23,265 bases of DNA, from contig JBLDXI010000137.1 of assembly GCA_047495785.1 (NCBI GenBank), positions 1 to 23,265 of the forward strand. The letters run 5' to 3'. Below are positions 1 through 12,200 of the stretch, one piece after another. Under the pieces are notes generated by a model. The model did not search any database. It was given only the letters and a program-made list of their open reading frames with translations, and was not told the DNA's origin. A program made the translations under genes and the position numbers. Source of the stretch: Lepidodermella squamata. Lineage: Eukaryota; Animalia; Gastrotricha. The first letter of the stretch is position 1, and every line of letters begins with the position of its first letter.

Positions 1-1672
1 ACATATATGATGGCAAAATTCGCAGGCAGCTAAGCCACTAAATACAGAGAACTTTGAAAGTTCGTGCACCTCCGTGCGCCTAGAGAATGCAAGGCTCCTT
101 GTGATCGGAGTGAGTTTAATCTATGTTTGCTGAAGACCATACAGCTATTTCATCTGACCTAAACCACAATTCCGGTCTGCCGTCGGCGCCCAGCGCCCAG
201 GCCAACGTTGGTCAAGGGAAACCAGAAACTAAGAAGGCAAGCATGTAAGCGAAAGAATAGATCATGACAAAACATTCTTCAGGCAGCATTAAGGATGAAA
301 CTTATTGATAATGACGGCTTTAATCCAGGGTTTCGCCTCTTCTACAGCGCAGCCATAAATCGTTCGAAAAAGGCAACGCCAACAGGTTCTAGGTTCTGGC
401 TAGATGTGGAATTTCGCGGAGGCACAAGATCTTTGTAGAAATTCATGCTTAGAACCCAGGGCTGCCGTATAGTGTGATCGTGGTCAATTTGGATTGCTTT
501 TGCTAGTGCTAGTGGTATCTTAACCTCGAGTGCTTCCGACCTGGTGATTGAACATTTACCTAGGAACAGACCGGGCTTTTCAAAGTATAAAACCAAGGCA
601 ACGTACAATCTGAGCGGGAGTGAGCACTGAGAGCCGTAGGATGTGGCCAAAGAATCCATTGCCTCTTCATCGTAAAAATTTCGATTTGAGGTTTCTGGTT
701 CCTGAGTTGTTCGGTCAAAAAACCTAGGACTTCAAACAGCTGAGACACAAAAAACTAGAACCGGCCTGGAAAATCCCAAAAACTAAAATAAAAGACTGGA
801 AAATAATAACCAACATGAAAAGTTAAGATAATTAATTTTCGAAATTCTTGTTAAAATTAAACTTCAAATTCACAAAGATCCACAAAATGGGGTAATGCGA
901 TTTTTTTCGTCATTTTCTTCATCGCGATCCATTTTAGTTGGCTTAGATGGCCCGTTTTCACGCAAGCAGGAAGGCGCTACCGAGGCCCGAATGCAGCCAG
1001 GCGCTCTCAATACAAAAACAAATTCAATGTGCCAACACATCAATGTTTGGCAGTGTCGGAGCTATGAAATTGTGCACAGGCGACGACATTCGAAACTCCG
1101 GTTACTTAACTCATATCAATCTTGATGCTTACTTATTCCCTGATTCCATGAAATTGGTGAGTTATGATTTATTTGGATGGAAGACCGCTATTTCGGCGAA
1201 TACAACGTAAAAATTCGTACACGCAGTGAGATATGCGAATACCGGAAGTGATAGTCCACCTCCAATCACCTCTTACCTCCGCCACTGCTATTTTGAACGA
1301 ATGTCTATCTCTCATCTCCTTCTAATCTCATTAGCAATTGCAATAGCAAACAGAAAATTGCTGTATTTATTAACACACTTATGGCTGAACTGCGCGCTTG
1401 GCTTTATTTAGAATGCAGGTTGCTTTCACAGGAAACATTCTGGGAACTGAGATCTGTGGAAGTTATGGGGAATAGGTTGAATTATAACAAAACGCAAGAC
1501 GCCAAGCTCATGTATCTCTCTCTTGGCTTAAATACCTACTACCTACTCGTTACTCGTTAGTATGCTTAACTTTGGGGGTGCGTATACCATAACTGTGCTT
1601 ATGATGTGTTATCAATAACGTCGTATAATTGTTGCTGTAAAAAAAAATTGAATTTACTCTTCTTTTTATAGG

Positions 1673-3475
1673 ATGTCTTTATTATCCAGAGTTTTACCGG
1701 CTCCTATTCACGAGAAGAAGTCGGCGCCTCCCCCGCCGGCTGTCGAGAAGCCTACTTCTTCAGCTTTGATCTCGCGGTTGACGGCGCCACCTTACGGTTC
1801 CCGAGAGGGTTGGATTCCTCGCAAGCAAGAGGTTTGTTACAAATTTTAATTTGCTGACCCTTTTAAATCTGTCCTACTTTGCAGGATTATGGTGATGGAG
1901 GAGCCTACCCAGAATGTCATGTTGCCCAGTTTCCATTGGGCATGGGCCAAGTTGCGAGTACTTCCAACGCTTTGCAGGTTCAACTCGATGCTGAAGGAAA
2001 CATAAAATATGACGCTCTTCTGCGCCAAGGGAAAAGCAAAGACGTTGTCGTGTATTCAAAGTTCAGTGATCTTCTACCAAAAAATTTGGAAGATGAGGAT
2101 GGTTTGGAGAAACCAGGTGAAGAGGATATTCAGGAAGCTACAGAAAAGACTAGAGCCGCTCTGGAGGAGCTTGTACATTCAAAAATTGCTGCATCTATGC
2201 CTGTAAAAGTGGCTGAAAAGACCGCTCCTGCGCAATACGTGCGATACACTCCCTCTCAGCAATCAGTGGCATTTAACAGTGGAGCAAAGCAACGGATCAT
2301 TCGAATGGTGGAAGTTCAGAGAGATCCTATGTCTCCACCTCGTTTCAAAATCAATAAGAAATTGCCTCGAGGACCACCCTCCCCTCCTGCGCCTGTGATG
2401 CACTCACCTCCTCGAAAAGTTACCCAAAAGGAGCAACAAGATTGGAAAATCCCGCCGTGTATCTCGAATTGGAAAAACGCTAGAGGTTACACCATTCCTC
2501 TCGACAAGCGTCTAGCTGCTGATGGTCGTGGTTCACAACAACCTGGAATTAACGAAAACTTCGCCAAAGTCGCCAACGCTTTGGAAATCGCGAGTCGAAT
2601 GGCGCGAGAAGGTGTTGAAGCTCGCGCCAATGTCGAAAAGAAAATGGCTCAAAAGGTGAAAGAAAAGAAGGAGCAGGAGCTCAGGCTGCTGGCTCAAAAA
2701 GCGCGTGACGAACGTGCAGGCATCAGAGCCGTTGCATCCGCAGTTGGCGATGAAGATGACGAAGCCAGGGCTCGTGACCAGTTGCGCAAAGAGCGCGAGA
2801 AGGAACGCCAACGCGACCGTAATATTGCTCGAGCTGCACCTGATAAGCGGTTCGTTCCTATTTTCTACTTCGTTTAAGTTATTGCTCCATTTTTTCTCTT
2901 TCAGGAATATGCTGGAACGCGAGCGAGATCGTGATATTAGTGAAATGATTGCCCTGGGCGTTCCCAATCCGGGTCAACAGAAGTCTTTCGAATCAGAATT
3001 TGACCAGAGGTTGTTCAATAAGACCCGTGGCATGGACGCTGGTTTTGGTGATGAAGATGGCTACAACGTCTACGACAAGGCCTGGCGTGACGAAAAGGAG
3101 TTCAGCTCCAATATTTACCGTCCATCTAAAGGCAATGATAACGATATATACGGTGAAGAGCTCGAGAAACTCGTCAGCGCCGGTACTACCTCGCGTTTCA
3201 TGCCTGAAAAAGGTTTCAGTGGCGCCTCGGGCGAGAAGGGAGACTCGCGACGCCGCGAGGGTCCCGTTCAATTCGAACGCCAGGACAATGACGATCCTTT
3301 CGGCCTCAATAAGTTCTTGCAAGAGGCCAAAACCGGTGGTACTGATAATCGCCAATCGTCATCTGGTGGCGAGAAGCGAGACCGTGATCGATCCGACGAC
3401 CGTGGTCGGGGTGCTGCTCCAAGCAGTTCTCGCGGCGACGACAGCCGTAGCAGCAAGAAGTCTCGCCGAGACTGA
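1673..3475 (+). CDS. SNW1: SNW domain-containing protein 1 (SKIP/Prp45 spliceosome factor); exons 1673-1831, 1885-2849, 2905-3475; 564 aa
   Basis: Spliced translation MSLLSRVLPAP...PPYGSREGWIPRKQE|DYGDGGAYPECHVAQFPLGMG...YVRYTP...PRGPPSPPAPVMHSPPRK...WKIPPCISNWKNARGYTIPLDKRLAADGRG...RDISEMIALG...FDQRLFN...GPVQFE. It includes the SNW signature. GT-AG introns 1832-1884 (53 bp) and 2850-2904 (55 bp) join the ORF-track pieces in frame. Confidence 0.97.
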
Positions 3476-3571
3476 AAATCCGGATGTTCTTTTCTTTTTA
3501 TCACTCATAGTGTAATATGTTTAACCATTATCAGCGGGACACTTTTTGTTGTTTACAAGTTCATGAGAAAA

Positions 3572-3577
3572 AATAAA
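3572..3577 (+). terminator. Putative polyadenylation signal (AATAAA) of SNW1
   Basis: First AATAAA ~100 nt after the SNW1 stop, followed by T/GT-rich sequence (ctttattgttttt). Confidence 0.6.
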
Positions 3578-3599
3578 ACGATGAATTGGACTTTCTAGC

Positions 3600-3605
3600 T
3601 TTATT
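3600..3605 (-). terminator. Putative polyadenylation signal (AATAAA on minus strand) of UGDH
   Basis: TTTATT on +; the only canonical minus-strand hexamer I found between the UGDH stop (4241) and SNW1. Confidence 0.45.
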
Positions 3606-4240
3606 GTTTTTCCAAACTTTATATAATTTGACGTTAACTGGAGTTTTCAACCGCGCGATAAAGGAAACAATTGAGATTGATAGGCTCAACAAATAATTAT
3701 AGCAATCTTTGGCTGGGCTAAAGCACAAAACCCGCGGACGGCAAAAAACGATTTTTCAACCTTCTCTGCAAAAATAAACGCAGACGAAGCAACTCGATAA
3801 GACAACCACAAACGGCATTATTGTTTGGAGTTTAGCGAAGTTCGAAAATGCGACACATCAAAATAAATAGTAAAAGGAATAGTAAACATCTTACATCGCA
3901 GCACCGCGTGAGCAAATGGGAAGGATACATCCATATATTATCATTATCAATTACGTAGTTTCCAATGGCAATTACAGTATTTCGAAATAAAAACACGGCA
4001 ATAAATAATAAGTTTCCAAGAATCAAACTAAACTTTCAGCTAACCGGGCGCTATGAAACGATTTGTTTGGCGCTAGTTTTTGTAAAACAATGCAAGACAG
4101 TATGGCAAATCGGCCAGCTAGGCACTATTTAAAAAGGAGATGACAAGAGAAAGATTCAATGACTTTCTTGTTCAGCTTCCAAAGCGCAAGAAAAAAAACA
4201 CTTCAAAGTTAACTACCAAAAACAACACGTTTTTGATTAA

Positions 4241-5920
4241 TCAATGGTGGATAGCATGAGGTGGTGTAGGTAGCGAGGTTTGGGCATGACCGTTTTTCGC
4301 ACCATTTGTGGGCGATGGGAACATGATGCGTTTCCCGACAACTTCAACGTGAAACCCAAGGTTGATCAGGGCCTCGTGATCAAGAATGAGTCGTCCGTCG
4401 AAAACAAACGCTGGTTTGGCCATTTGTCCGTAAATTTTGGCGTAGTCTAGCTTTTTGAATAAATCCCATTCGGTGCAGATCAAAATTGCGTGGGCGCCGA
4501 CTGCCGCTTCGTACGGGTCGCTAGCAATGTGAACATTCGCTCGAACGTGGTCAGGCCGGTCGCAGTGGTACGGGTTAGCGAGGTCGTCCATGATTTGAGC
4601 TTCGCGAGTCAGGGGGTCGTAAATTGTCAGAATAGCGCCTTCGTCCAAAAGCTGACGAGCGACGTAAATGCTGCTGGATTCACGCGTGTCTGCCGTGTCT
4701 TTCTTGAACGCAAAACCGAACAACGCCAGTCGTTTGCCACTGACGCTACCAAATAGTCGATCAACGACTCGGTTAGCAAATCGGCGGCGTTGGTAATCAT
4801 TCATCTGAAAAATAGTCAATAGTGAAACAAAATAGTCCTTGATCTGCTTCAAACTAACCTCGACAACTTGGAGCCAATAATTGGCAACTTCAGGCAGATT
4901 CAGGGATTCAGCAATATATACCAAGCTGAGCAGATCTTTTTGGAAACAACTGCCACCGAAACCAACGCTGGCCTGTAAGAACTTTGACCCGATTCGCGTG
5001 TCAGTTCCAACGGCATACGAAACCTGCTTCACGTCAGCACCCGTAGCCTCGCAAAGTGCCGATATAGCGTTGATACTGGAGATTCGTTGTGCTAGGAATG
5101 CATTAGCGGCAAGTTTAGAAAGCTCGCTAGACCACGTTGACATGGTGATGATTCTATCAGATGGCACCCACTTCTCGTAAATGTACTTCCGCAATGAAGC
5201 AACAGCACTGCGTCCAGCAGGTGTTTCATCGCCCCCGATTAGCACACGGTCGGGTTCAATTAAATCACGAACAGCAGTGCCTTCAGCCAAAAATTCTGGG
5301 TTTGACAACACTTGGAAACTAACTCCGTTGCTTTTAATCGAGTAAGTCCCATTTACAGGGCCGTCGTGATGTCCATTTCCGTTGCCATTCAGCGAAACGG
5401 CATTAGTGCGAAGGATGTAAGCGATACTTTCCGCCGCCTTGACTGGCACCGTGCTTTTCTCAACCACAATCTTAGAAATGCGGCCATTTTCGTCGGAAAC
5501 TACCGATGAAGCTATCATGCGAGCAGCTTCTTCGACAAAACGCAGATCAGGAGCGCGACCTTTTCCGCGGCCATGCATTTTCGTCGGTGTATTGACGCAA
5601 ATGAAGATCAACTCGGCCTCTCGAATCGCCTTTTGAATTTCGGTAGAAAAGAACAAGTTTTTGTTACGGTATTCAGCAACGATTTCAGCAAGGCCGGGTT
5701 CGAAAATCGGAAGTTTAGAGCAGTCCGGACTGTTCCATTGTGCGATTCTTTCGGCTGAAGCGTCGACGACAGTCACGGTAACATCAGGACACTTCGAGGC
5801 GATTACAGCGCAAGTGGGGCCGCCAACATAACCAGCTCCAATGCAGCAGATATGGCGTATAGGAGTTATTTCGCTCAGCGGAACTTGACTAGTTTGCAGA
5901 AAATCGCCACCACTTGCCAT
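4241..5920 (-). CDS. UGDH: UDP-glucose 6-dehydrogenase; coding exons 5920-4859 and 4804-4241; 541 aa after removing a 54-bp intron
   Basis: Rossmann motif [62 protein letters not shown], catalytic [34 protein letters not shown]. The ORF-track segment [18 protein letters not shown] is a gttagt...ttttcag intron (4805-4858). Confidence 0.97.
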   Translation of the reverse strand: MASGGDFLQTSQVPLSEITPIRHICCIGAGYVGGPTCAVIASKCPDVTVTVVDASAERIAQWNSPDCSKLPIFEPGLAEIVAEYRNKNLFFSTEIQKAIREAELIFICVNTPTKMHGRGKGRAPDLRFVEEAARMIASSVVSDENGRISKIVVEKSTVPVKAAESIAYILRTNAVSLNGNGNGHHDGPVNGTYSIKSNGVSFQVLSNPEFLAEGTAVRDLIEPDRVLIGGDETPAGRSAVASLRKYIYEKWVPSDRIITMSTWSSELSKLAANAFLAQRISSINAISALCEATGADVKQVSYAVGTDTRIGSKFLQASVGFGGSCFQKDLLSLVYIAESLNLPEVANYWLQVVEVSLKQIKDYFVSLLTIFQMNDYQRRRFANRVVDRLFGSVSGKRLALFGFAFKKDTADTRESSSIYVARQLLDEGAILTIYDPLTREAQIMDDLANPYHCDRPDHVRANVHIASDPYEAAVGAHAILICTEWDLFKKLDYAKIYGQMAKPAFVFDGRLILDHEALINLGFHVEVVGKRIMFPSPTNGAKNGHAQTSLPTPPHAIHH

Positions 5921-6678
5921 CTTTTATCATAAAATCAACCTACGAAAAATGAAAATTCCCATCATCAATGGTTTACTTATTTTCAATTGCGAAAATGTAA
6001 AAGTATAGTAATAATGGTAATAATTACTGGTTTCAAGATGTCATCATCTTCATCGTGATATTATTATCTCAATATTAATATATATTTATATAGAACAGAC
6101 TGGCGTTGTCAAGATAAAAACGAAGATGACATTGCCGACTTCTCAATGTCATTTTTCACCGTTTCTGCAGAGCAATGATACGAAGAACAAAAACAAATCG
6201 ACTACGTAAATCGTACGAATAGCAGTTGTAGAACAACAGGCACACATGTTCATGGCAGCCTCTGTTGATTCATTGCAAAGAAAAACGGACCGTCGCGCAA
6301 CATCGGCAGTTTAAAAATGGATGTATTTGGTGCATCTAATCAAAAATAGTTAGCTGAACTCGACGTCACGATTAAGGAAGTAAAGAATAATTGAGAGATT
6401 ATGATACCGCGACAACAAACCAAGCATCCGACAAGAATTAAGACGAATAGGAAGATAGGATATTAGGATGAAATATACATATTTCGAAGATTTGAATCAA
6501 TATTACACTAGCGCTGTATTCTATCTGAGGTGTAAAAAATGAAGTGACAACTCATGATGACATTCTGCGCCGCAGTAATAATACAAACCAAGGAGAGAAA
6601 TTTGTAATTTGAAAGACCGCATGTGCCGCTTCATTTCCTTTGCCAACAGCAAAACAATTATTTACTAGATATACGGGG

Positions 6679-8187
6679 CTATGAATTCGAAGAATCGATT
6701 CGCTTTAGAAGCCATCGACCTGTTTGAAGCGCCGAAATGGGTATTTTACTCTGTTGAGCAGTATCAAGATTTCGTAGCACGATCTCGCCCCCGGCAATTT
6801 TCCATAATTGAGAATGTTCCACTGACTTGGAATTTGGACGAGTGACAGCTGAAAATTAGGTTAAAGATAATTCAATAAATTCAAATTATCGATTTGAACT
6901 TGCCTATATCGTCCCCGATACTGAAGCACTGAGAGTCGTAAAAAAGTTTGCCATCAGAAGACACGCGGACTTTTTTCGAGGAAGAATGAGAGATGCTTTG
7001 GTTCACGCCATGTCCATTGACTACAGGAGCACCGTGTTTTTGATCTGACTGCCGCAGGGCATGAGCTATCTCCACCCAGTCATCCATGATATCTTGGTCA
7101 CGAAGCAAATAGACTATGTATGGTCCTGAGACAACAGTTGGTTTTTTCAATCCGGTGGAATGCGAACTGTCGTCTTTAGCAGTAATTGTCTGCCGCAACC
7201 GATGCCGCATAGGCGATGATGCATTAATCAACTCTTCCGCTTGAGGCGACTTGGCACGGCGCTTCACCTGTTTAACAACGGTAACTGTCTTCAGCTCAGC
7301 AACCTTGTCGCTTGCTGTTTTAGCTCGTTTAAGGAGTCCGCTTATTACACATCTCGTGAGAGTCGTCTGAGCTTCTATTGTTGCACGGACTAAGTCACCG
7401 ATCGTGGGATCGCACAGTTTTGCTCGTTTAGCTTTCAGCACGTCCCGCTCTGATTGAATACTGGCGATTTTGGCATTCAACTCATCTCGCATAGAACACA
7501 ACAACATATCCCTCTCCTCCTAAGAAAATGAAATACAAATGATAATAAATGCATTTGTGATAACCAGCTTTACTCACTGCAAGAGTCAAGTCCACCACCG
7601 TTTTATCACACTCGAGGTTCCATTTGAGATTATGAAGATGCAGCTCCCTCCATACTTCGACATTTTCTATTTGATTACTCATCTCTTTATCGTACCTTTC
7701 AAATGCTTGAACATATTCAGGTAAGCGATCTTCATTCAAAGCCAGTAAATTGTCATCGAGAGCCCCAAGTTTCTCGGTCATTAAACTGTTAAAAGGAAAA
7801 GTAATTCATAGCAAAAACAGAGAATAAAACTTACATGTCTCTCGCAGACGCAAAGTGCTGCTCCAATTCAAACATATCATCGGCATATTCATGCCTTTTT
7901 ACTTCGGCTTCGTGCTCGTCAAAGTCTGCCAAATTGATTCGCTCATCCTCATCATCAGATGGTGCATTGCTACCAGAATCGCTGGATGCCGACGAATGGC
8001 AAGGGGAATATGGAAATCTTAGGCCGACTGCTTGATACCGATCATCGGCCATTGCGAGACCATCAGGTGTCATGTCACCTGTGTATCTGACGTCGACCAT
8101 GCGACCTTCATCGAAAGGCGTGGCGGCAGTGAAGTCAGAGTTTGGTGTGTCGCCGGGATATCTTTTGCGTTTCGCTTGAATACTCAT
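6679..8187 (-). CDS. BRMS1L: BRMS1/BRMS1-like (Sds3 family, Sin3-HDAC subunit), left copy; exons 8187-7835, 7785-7578, 7519-6904, 6848-6679; 448 aa
   Basis: Acidic N-terminus, coiled coil (EVKRHEYADDMFELEQHF), BRMS1 motif KKPTVVSGPYIVYLLRDQDIMDDW, and C-terminal capped-Tudor-like region DGKLFYD...SKIPISALQTGRWLLKR. Introns are 49, 58 and 55 bp; the last is GC-AG. Confidence 0.88.
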
Positions 8188-9288
8188 AACTCAACAATTC
8201 TGATCAATACAGAAAACAAGCCAGGCGAATAAAACTTCAATCAAGAATGTTTTTATCAAGCACTTAAGCACAGGGAAAAGTCAGATATTCGCAATAAGTG
8301 CTCGACAGCAATAAGTTCTTCTCGCTAACAGAGGAGATTTCATTGAATGAATGAATTTACTATTTCAGCAGAACGGTTGAAAACGCCAGCTTCAGCCATA
8401 CCATTTACTACACAACTTTCACTAGCCTTTCGCTACACATATTGCACTGGATACTGAACTAGAAAGTAAAGGCTTTGTCCTGTAGCGCTGAGGTCGCTGG
8501 CAGTTGTGTGTGGTTTTACTTGAAAAGAAAAATAACCTGGAATAGTACCCTCTGTCTCTTCTAAATAATTTGATTATTTTTTGCCCTCATAAATTTAAAA
8601 TCAAAATAATTTTTTATTCCAAAGTAGTCTATATTATTTTTATTATACGTGACAATTTTCTATGAGGCGGGGAATTCAATTCGAAAACGCGACCCACCGA
8701 CTGGATTTAGGTTATGCCTCTAGCTGGATTATAGTTCTGAATTCTGAAGGTACTCAAATTATGCAATTAATAATTCAGCCTATATGGTAGCTGGCTAGTA
8801 ACAATGGGTAATTGGCGCTCGGTGCTGAATATTAGTCCATACGGTTTATTGTTTACATTTTTTGTGGTCACATACGCTGTCAACTGATCGGAAGTAAGTT
8901 ATCGTCGTGCCAAGTAGTTCTCCTTTGAAAGATGTTATTGGTGTCGAAGTTGATCTTTTATCCATTAAAGCTAGCCCGAAATTGATAATATTAATTGCTT
9001 GCTGAAAATTCTACAGCCGTCAAGCTATGGCTTGTTCCAGAAGCCAGAAGCCCGAGTGTTGTTTGAGTTTGCATGTCTTCTTGTGTGACCTGATTGATTC
9101 AAAGTTTGATAATCAGATTTTCCCTTCGACTTACTTCTTCAAGATGAAGTATGTTCGTTAGTTTTCTTTCGAGAAGGGAATTCGATTTACATAACTGTTT
9201 CCTTTATCACTTGATATTTGAACTTTGGTAGTTTTAGTTGTTTAGGTTTATCGGGGTTCATTACACCCTCCACAGTTAATTGAACTAG
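8188..9288. promoter_or_regulatory. Putative bidirectional promoter and 5' UTRs between divergent BRMS1L and CEP192 genes
   Basis: 1.1 kb between head-to-head start codons, with an AT-rich core at ~8560-8660. Candidate 5' UTR introns on + are 8894-9016 (gtaagt...ctacag) and 9149-9245 (gtatgt...tttag). Confidence 0.6.
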
Positions 9289-12200
9289 ATGAGCGCGGCC
9301 GCCTCCGATCCAGCGGATTTCCTAAGACTGAGCAGTGGTAGGCGCGATTTTTAGTTGAATAATTTTTCACCATCGTATTTTATTACAAGGACCGCTTAAC
9401 GGCAAGTCAAATGACTTCATCAACAATGACGGCCTGGATATCGATTATGTAGGCGAATTATTGCTTGTTAATAATTGGTTTGTTCATATAATATTGATTG
9501 ATGCTTTTAGGATGATGAAGACGATGGTCCTCCGGCCTTGCAAATGAGCAATGAGGAACTCGTGGCGCTGCAATCTCGTTTTCGGTTAGAATGCGATAAT
9601 GGTTCCGATTCGGGTAATTCTTTTTCAGAGGCTCAACTGTATTACTTTAACCATCATGATATTTGTAGATGACAGCGACGAAGAAGTCGAAGTTCCTGCG
9701 GTTAGTAAGCCCACAATTTCCGTCAATGGTCTTCCGGCTGATAGCCGGCTAACATCCGTGAAGTCCATCACGCCTTCCAGTTGCACTTCGGCGAACAATC
9801 GACCATACGATGGTTAACAATATAAATTTCATTATTTGCTTCAACTTAATATCTTTCGAAAACTAGATTCCTCATGTTTCCCAACTGACTCGATGATCCT
9901 TGAAAATAAGACCATTTACGAGAATATGGTAAATTTATGCCTGCACGCAACACATTTTATTTCAAAATTTGTTATTTTGCTAGCTTCATGATGACCCTGC
10001 AAACGAGACCAGCGTTGACAAATGGCAAGCTGTAAATCGACCAAAATATATCTCTCGCCCGGATGGATGGAATTTTGCCAGGTCAAATGATTTAGTGCAA
10101 ATGACTCCCGAAGAGTATTTGGCTCTCCGGTCTGAACCAATCGGCTCATTAGGTGGAAACAACAATCTGGTATTGAATTTTCATTGAATTTGTTGAAAAA
10201 TGAATGCGTTGCTTCTTTAGACTGCTTTCGAAATGGCTGGCTTGTTGCCGTCCAACTCTCCAGCTTCTTCGACTTCACCAACTGAATGCAACGATAAGAA
10301 GCCATCGCCTATACCTCCTCAACCGCCTAAAAGTACCGCCGATGTTAAACCAGTCACAGAGGCGCCGGATGTGAGTGTAAATATCGAATATCTGCTTCAA
10401 CCAAGCCAGCCTGTCGGTGATACAACAATGGATCAAACCAGAGTGGATCAAGCTTCCCCGACGCCTCAAGTATCGGCTGCCCAACAATCAACGAAGATAG
10501 CAGATTCAAATAGCAAAGATGACACTCGCTTATCGTCAAACAGAGTAATGGCTACCCTGGACTGTTTTTCTAGTCTTTTATCCTTTTCTTTCTTTAGCTT
10601 CCCGACAGTGGTCGTGATACCGATCGGCAAAGCCCCACCGCTTCTGAAACAGCTAGCTACCGCTCTAATCATTCGAGTAGCAGTGTTAGTTTCAGTTTCA
10701 ATAACGGCAGTGCGATTGCCGACGCCACTGACCCTGACTTGGCGGCAGTCGATGCTATGCTTGAAATGTATGATGCGGATGTCGACCCCGATGAGTTGGC
10801 CGAACACATCATGATGCGATTCGGGGTGAACCCGCAACGACCTGCCAGTACGAGCGCTCTTTTTCGCGATCAAGACGAATCGCTATTACGTCCGCCTAAC
10901 CGAGGCGGCGCTTTGTCACTTGCCAGTGTTGTTTCTAGCACTCCGAAGGCCGCGCCTAACCAGAAGAACGGCTCGCGACCCGGCTCAGCGCAATCATCAG
11001 CCTCGCGCAAAGTTGACACGACCACCTCATCTCAAGTAACCCTCGTAAGTTTACCGCAAGTTTGTCACGCGCAATCACGTGTCATTCACCTGCGCTCTTT
11101 TAGGAAAACGTGTCTGCCGGCCGGGCGAGTAATGAATCGCATAACAATGGTGGCGAAAATCGGATTAGCGCGCCCTCGCCGCGCAGTTCGAACTCAACTG
11201 TGACAAGCGGCGGCGGCGGCGGCTTTGTGAAACCGGCTAGACCAAGTGGTGGCAATGAAAACATCGAAAAGAATATCCAAGCTAAAAATAGCAACAAAGC
11301 ATCCCCAAATCCGTTGACGCAGTCAAACTTGTCGCTTATTTCGTCGTTCGATGCATCCAGCGTATCTGAATATGGACCACTACTCACGCCAATGGCTGAT
11401 AAAGGGCCTTTCATCCGACTGGAATGGGATAAACTTGCAATTGACATGAAAGAGCCGGTTTACGTCGGTCAGACGCAAGATTTGACGCTAACTGCAAAAA
11501 ATACGGGCAGGTTATGGGTTCAATTAAGCGCGACATTGCAAAACCCGAAAATTGATGGAAATCAAACCGGTGGACCACGAGGTCTTCACGTTTTGAATTC
11601 AACTGTTGTTGTAGAGCCGAATGCGAGCGGCACTTTTCGGCTTCGTTTCTCGCCGGGAGATCCCGGATTTTACTCGGCAAATATCGACATTTTTGCCTGT
11701 GTTGTTGGGTCAGTTGTTGAAGACTCGCGAACGCTACCGCCAATTCCGTTCTCAGCCGATGTCCGCTTACCCGCTGTCGACTTTTTCATACCAGGCCAAC
11801 AGATATGCGATTTTGGCGCCTTACCTGCCGGGGCTAGTAAGCGCATGGTTTGTTCATTACGTTTCCAGCCACCCTCTTCAGTGACCCCGGCCTCGTCCAG
11901 CTTCAACATTGACGTCCCGATTGTTGTAACGATTCGACCTGAATCAGCGTGGCGTTGTTTCCATTTTCTGCCGACTACGGGCTCGAATACCGAGGCTCTA
12001 GCCAAAAGTAAATCGATTACTAACGCTCCAGCTCCTTTATACGGCGCAGGTCATGCCACGAAGCTGTACCTATCTCCGATTCACCAACAACACGATTTCG
12101 TGGTGTGTTTCACCGCTCGTTATGACATTGAGCTATCGCCGAACCAGCAAGGCCTTGACATAAACGAGGCTGAATTAGTCGCCCAAACTGATTCGACGCC

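Noticed and set aside
1-1411. Short ORFs (342-659, 560-748, 895-1125, 947-1210, 1226-1411) and a Cys-containing stretch at 60-160 faintly like a transposase C-terminus
   Set aside because: No recognisable domain, stops in all frames near the start, and no terminal repeats or consistent exon chain. It may be decayed repeat DNA, but I cannot support a call.
1533-1560. Micro tandem duplications TACCTAC x2 and TACTCGT x2; also (GGC)5 near 11209
   Set aside because: Ordinary slippage repeats; the GGC run simply encodes poly-Gly.
8552-8560. CTGTCTCTT matching the start of the Tn5 mosaic end
   Set aside because: Only 9 bp, identical in both arms and not followed by ATACACATCT, so chance is sufficient.
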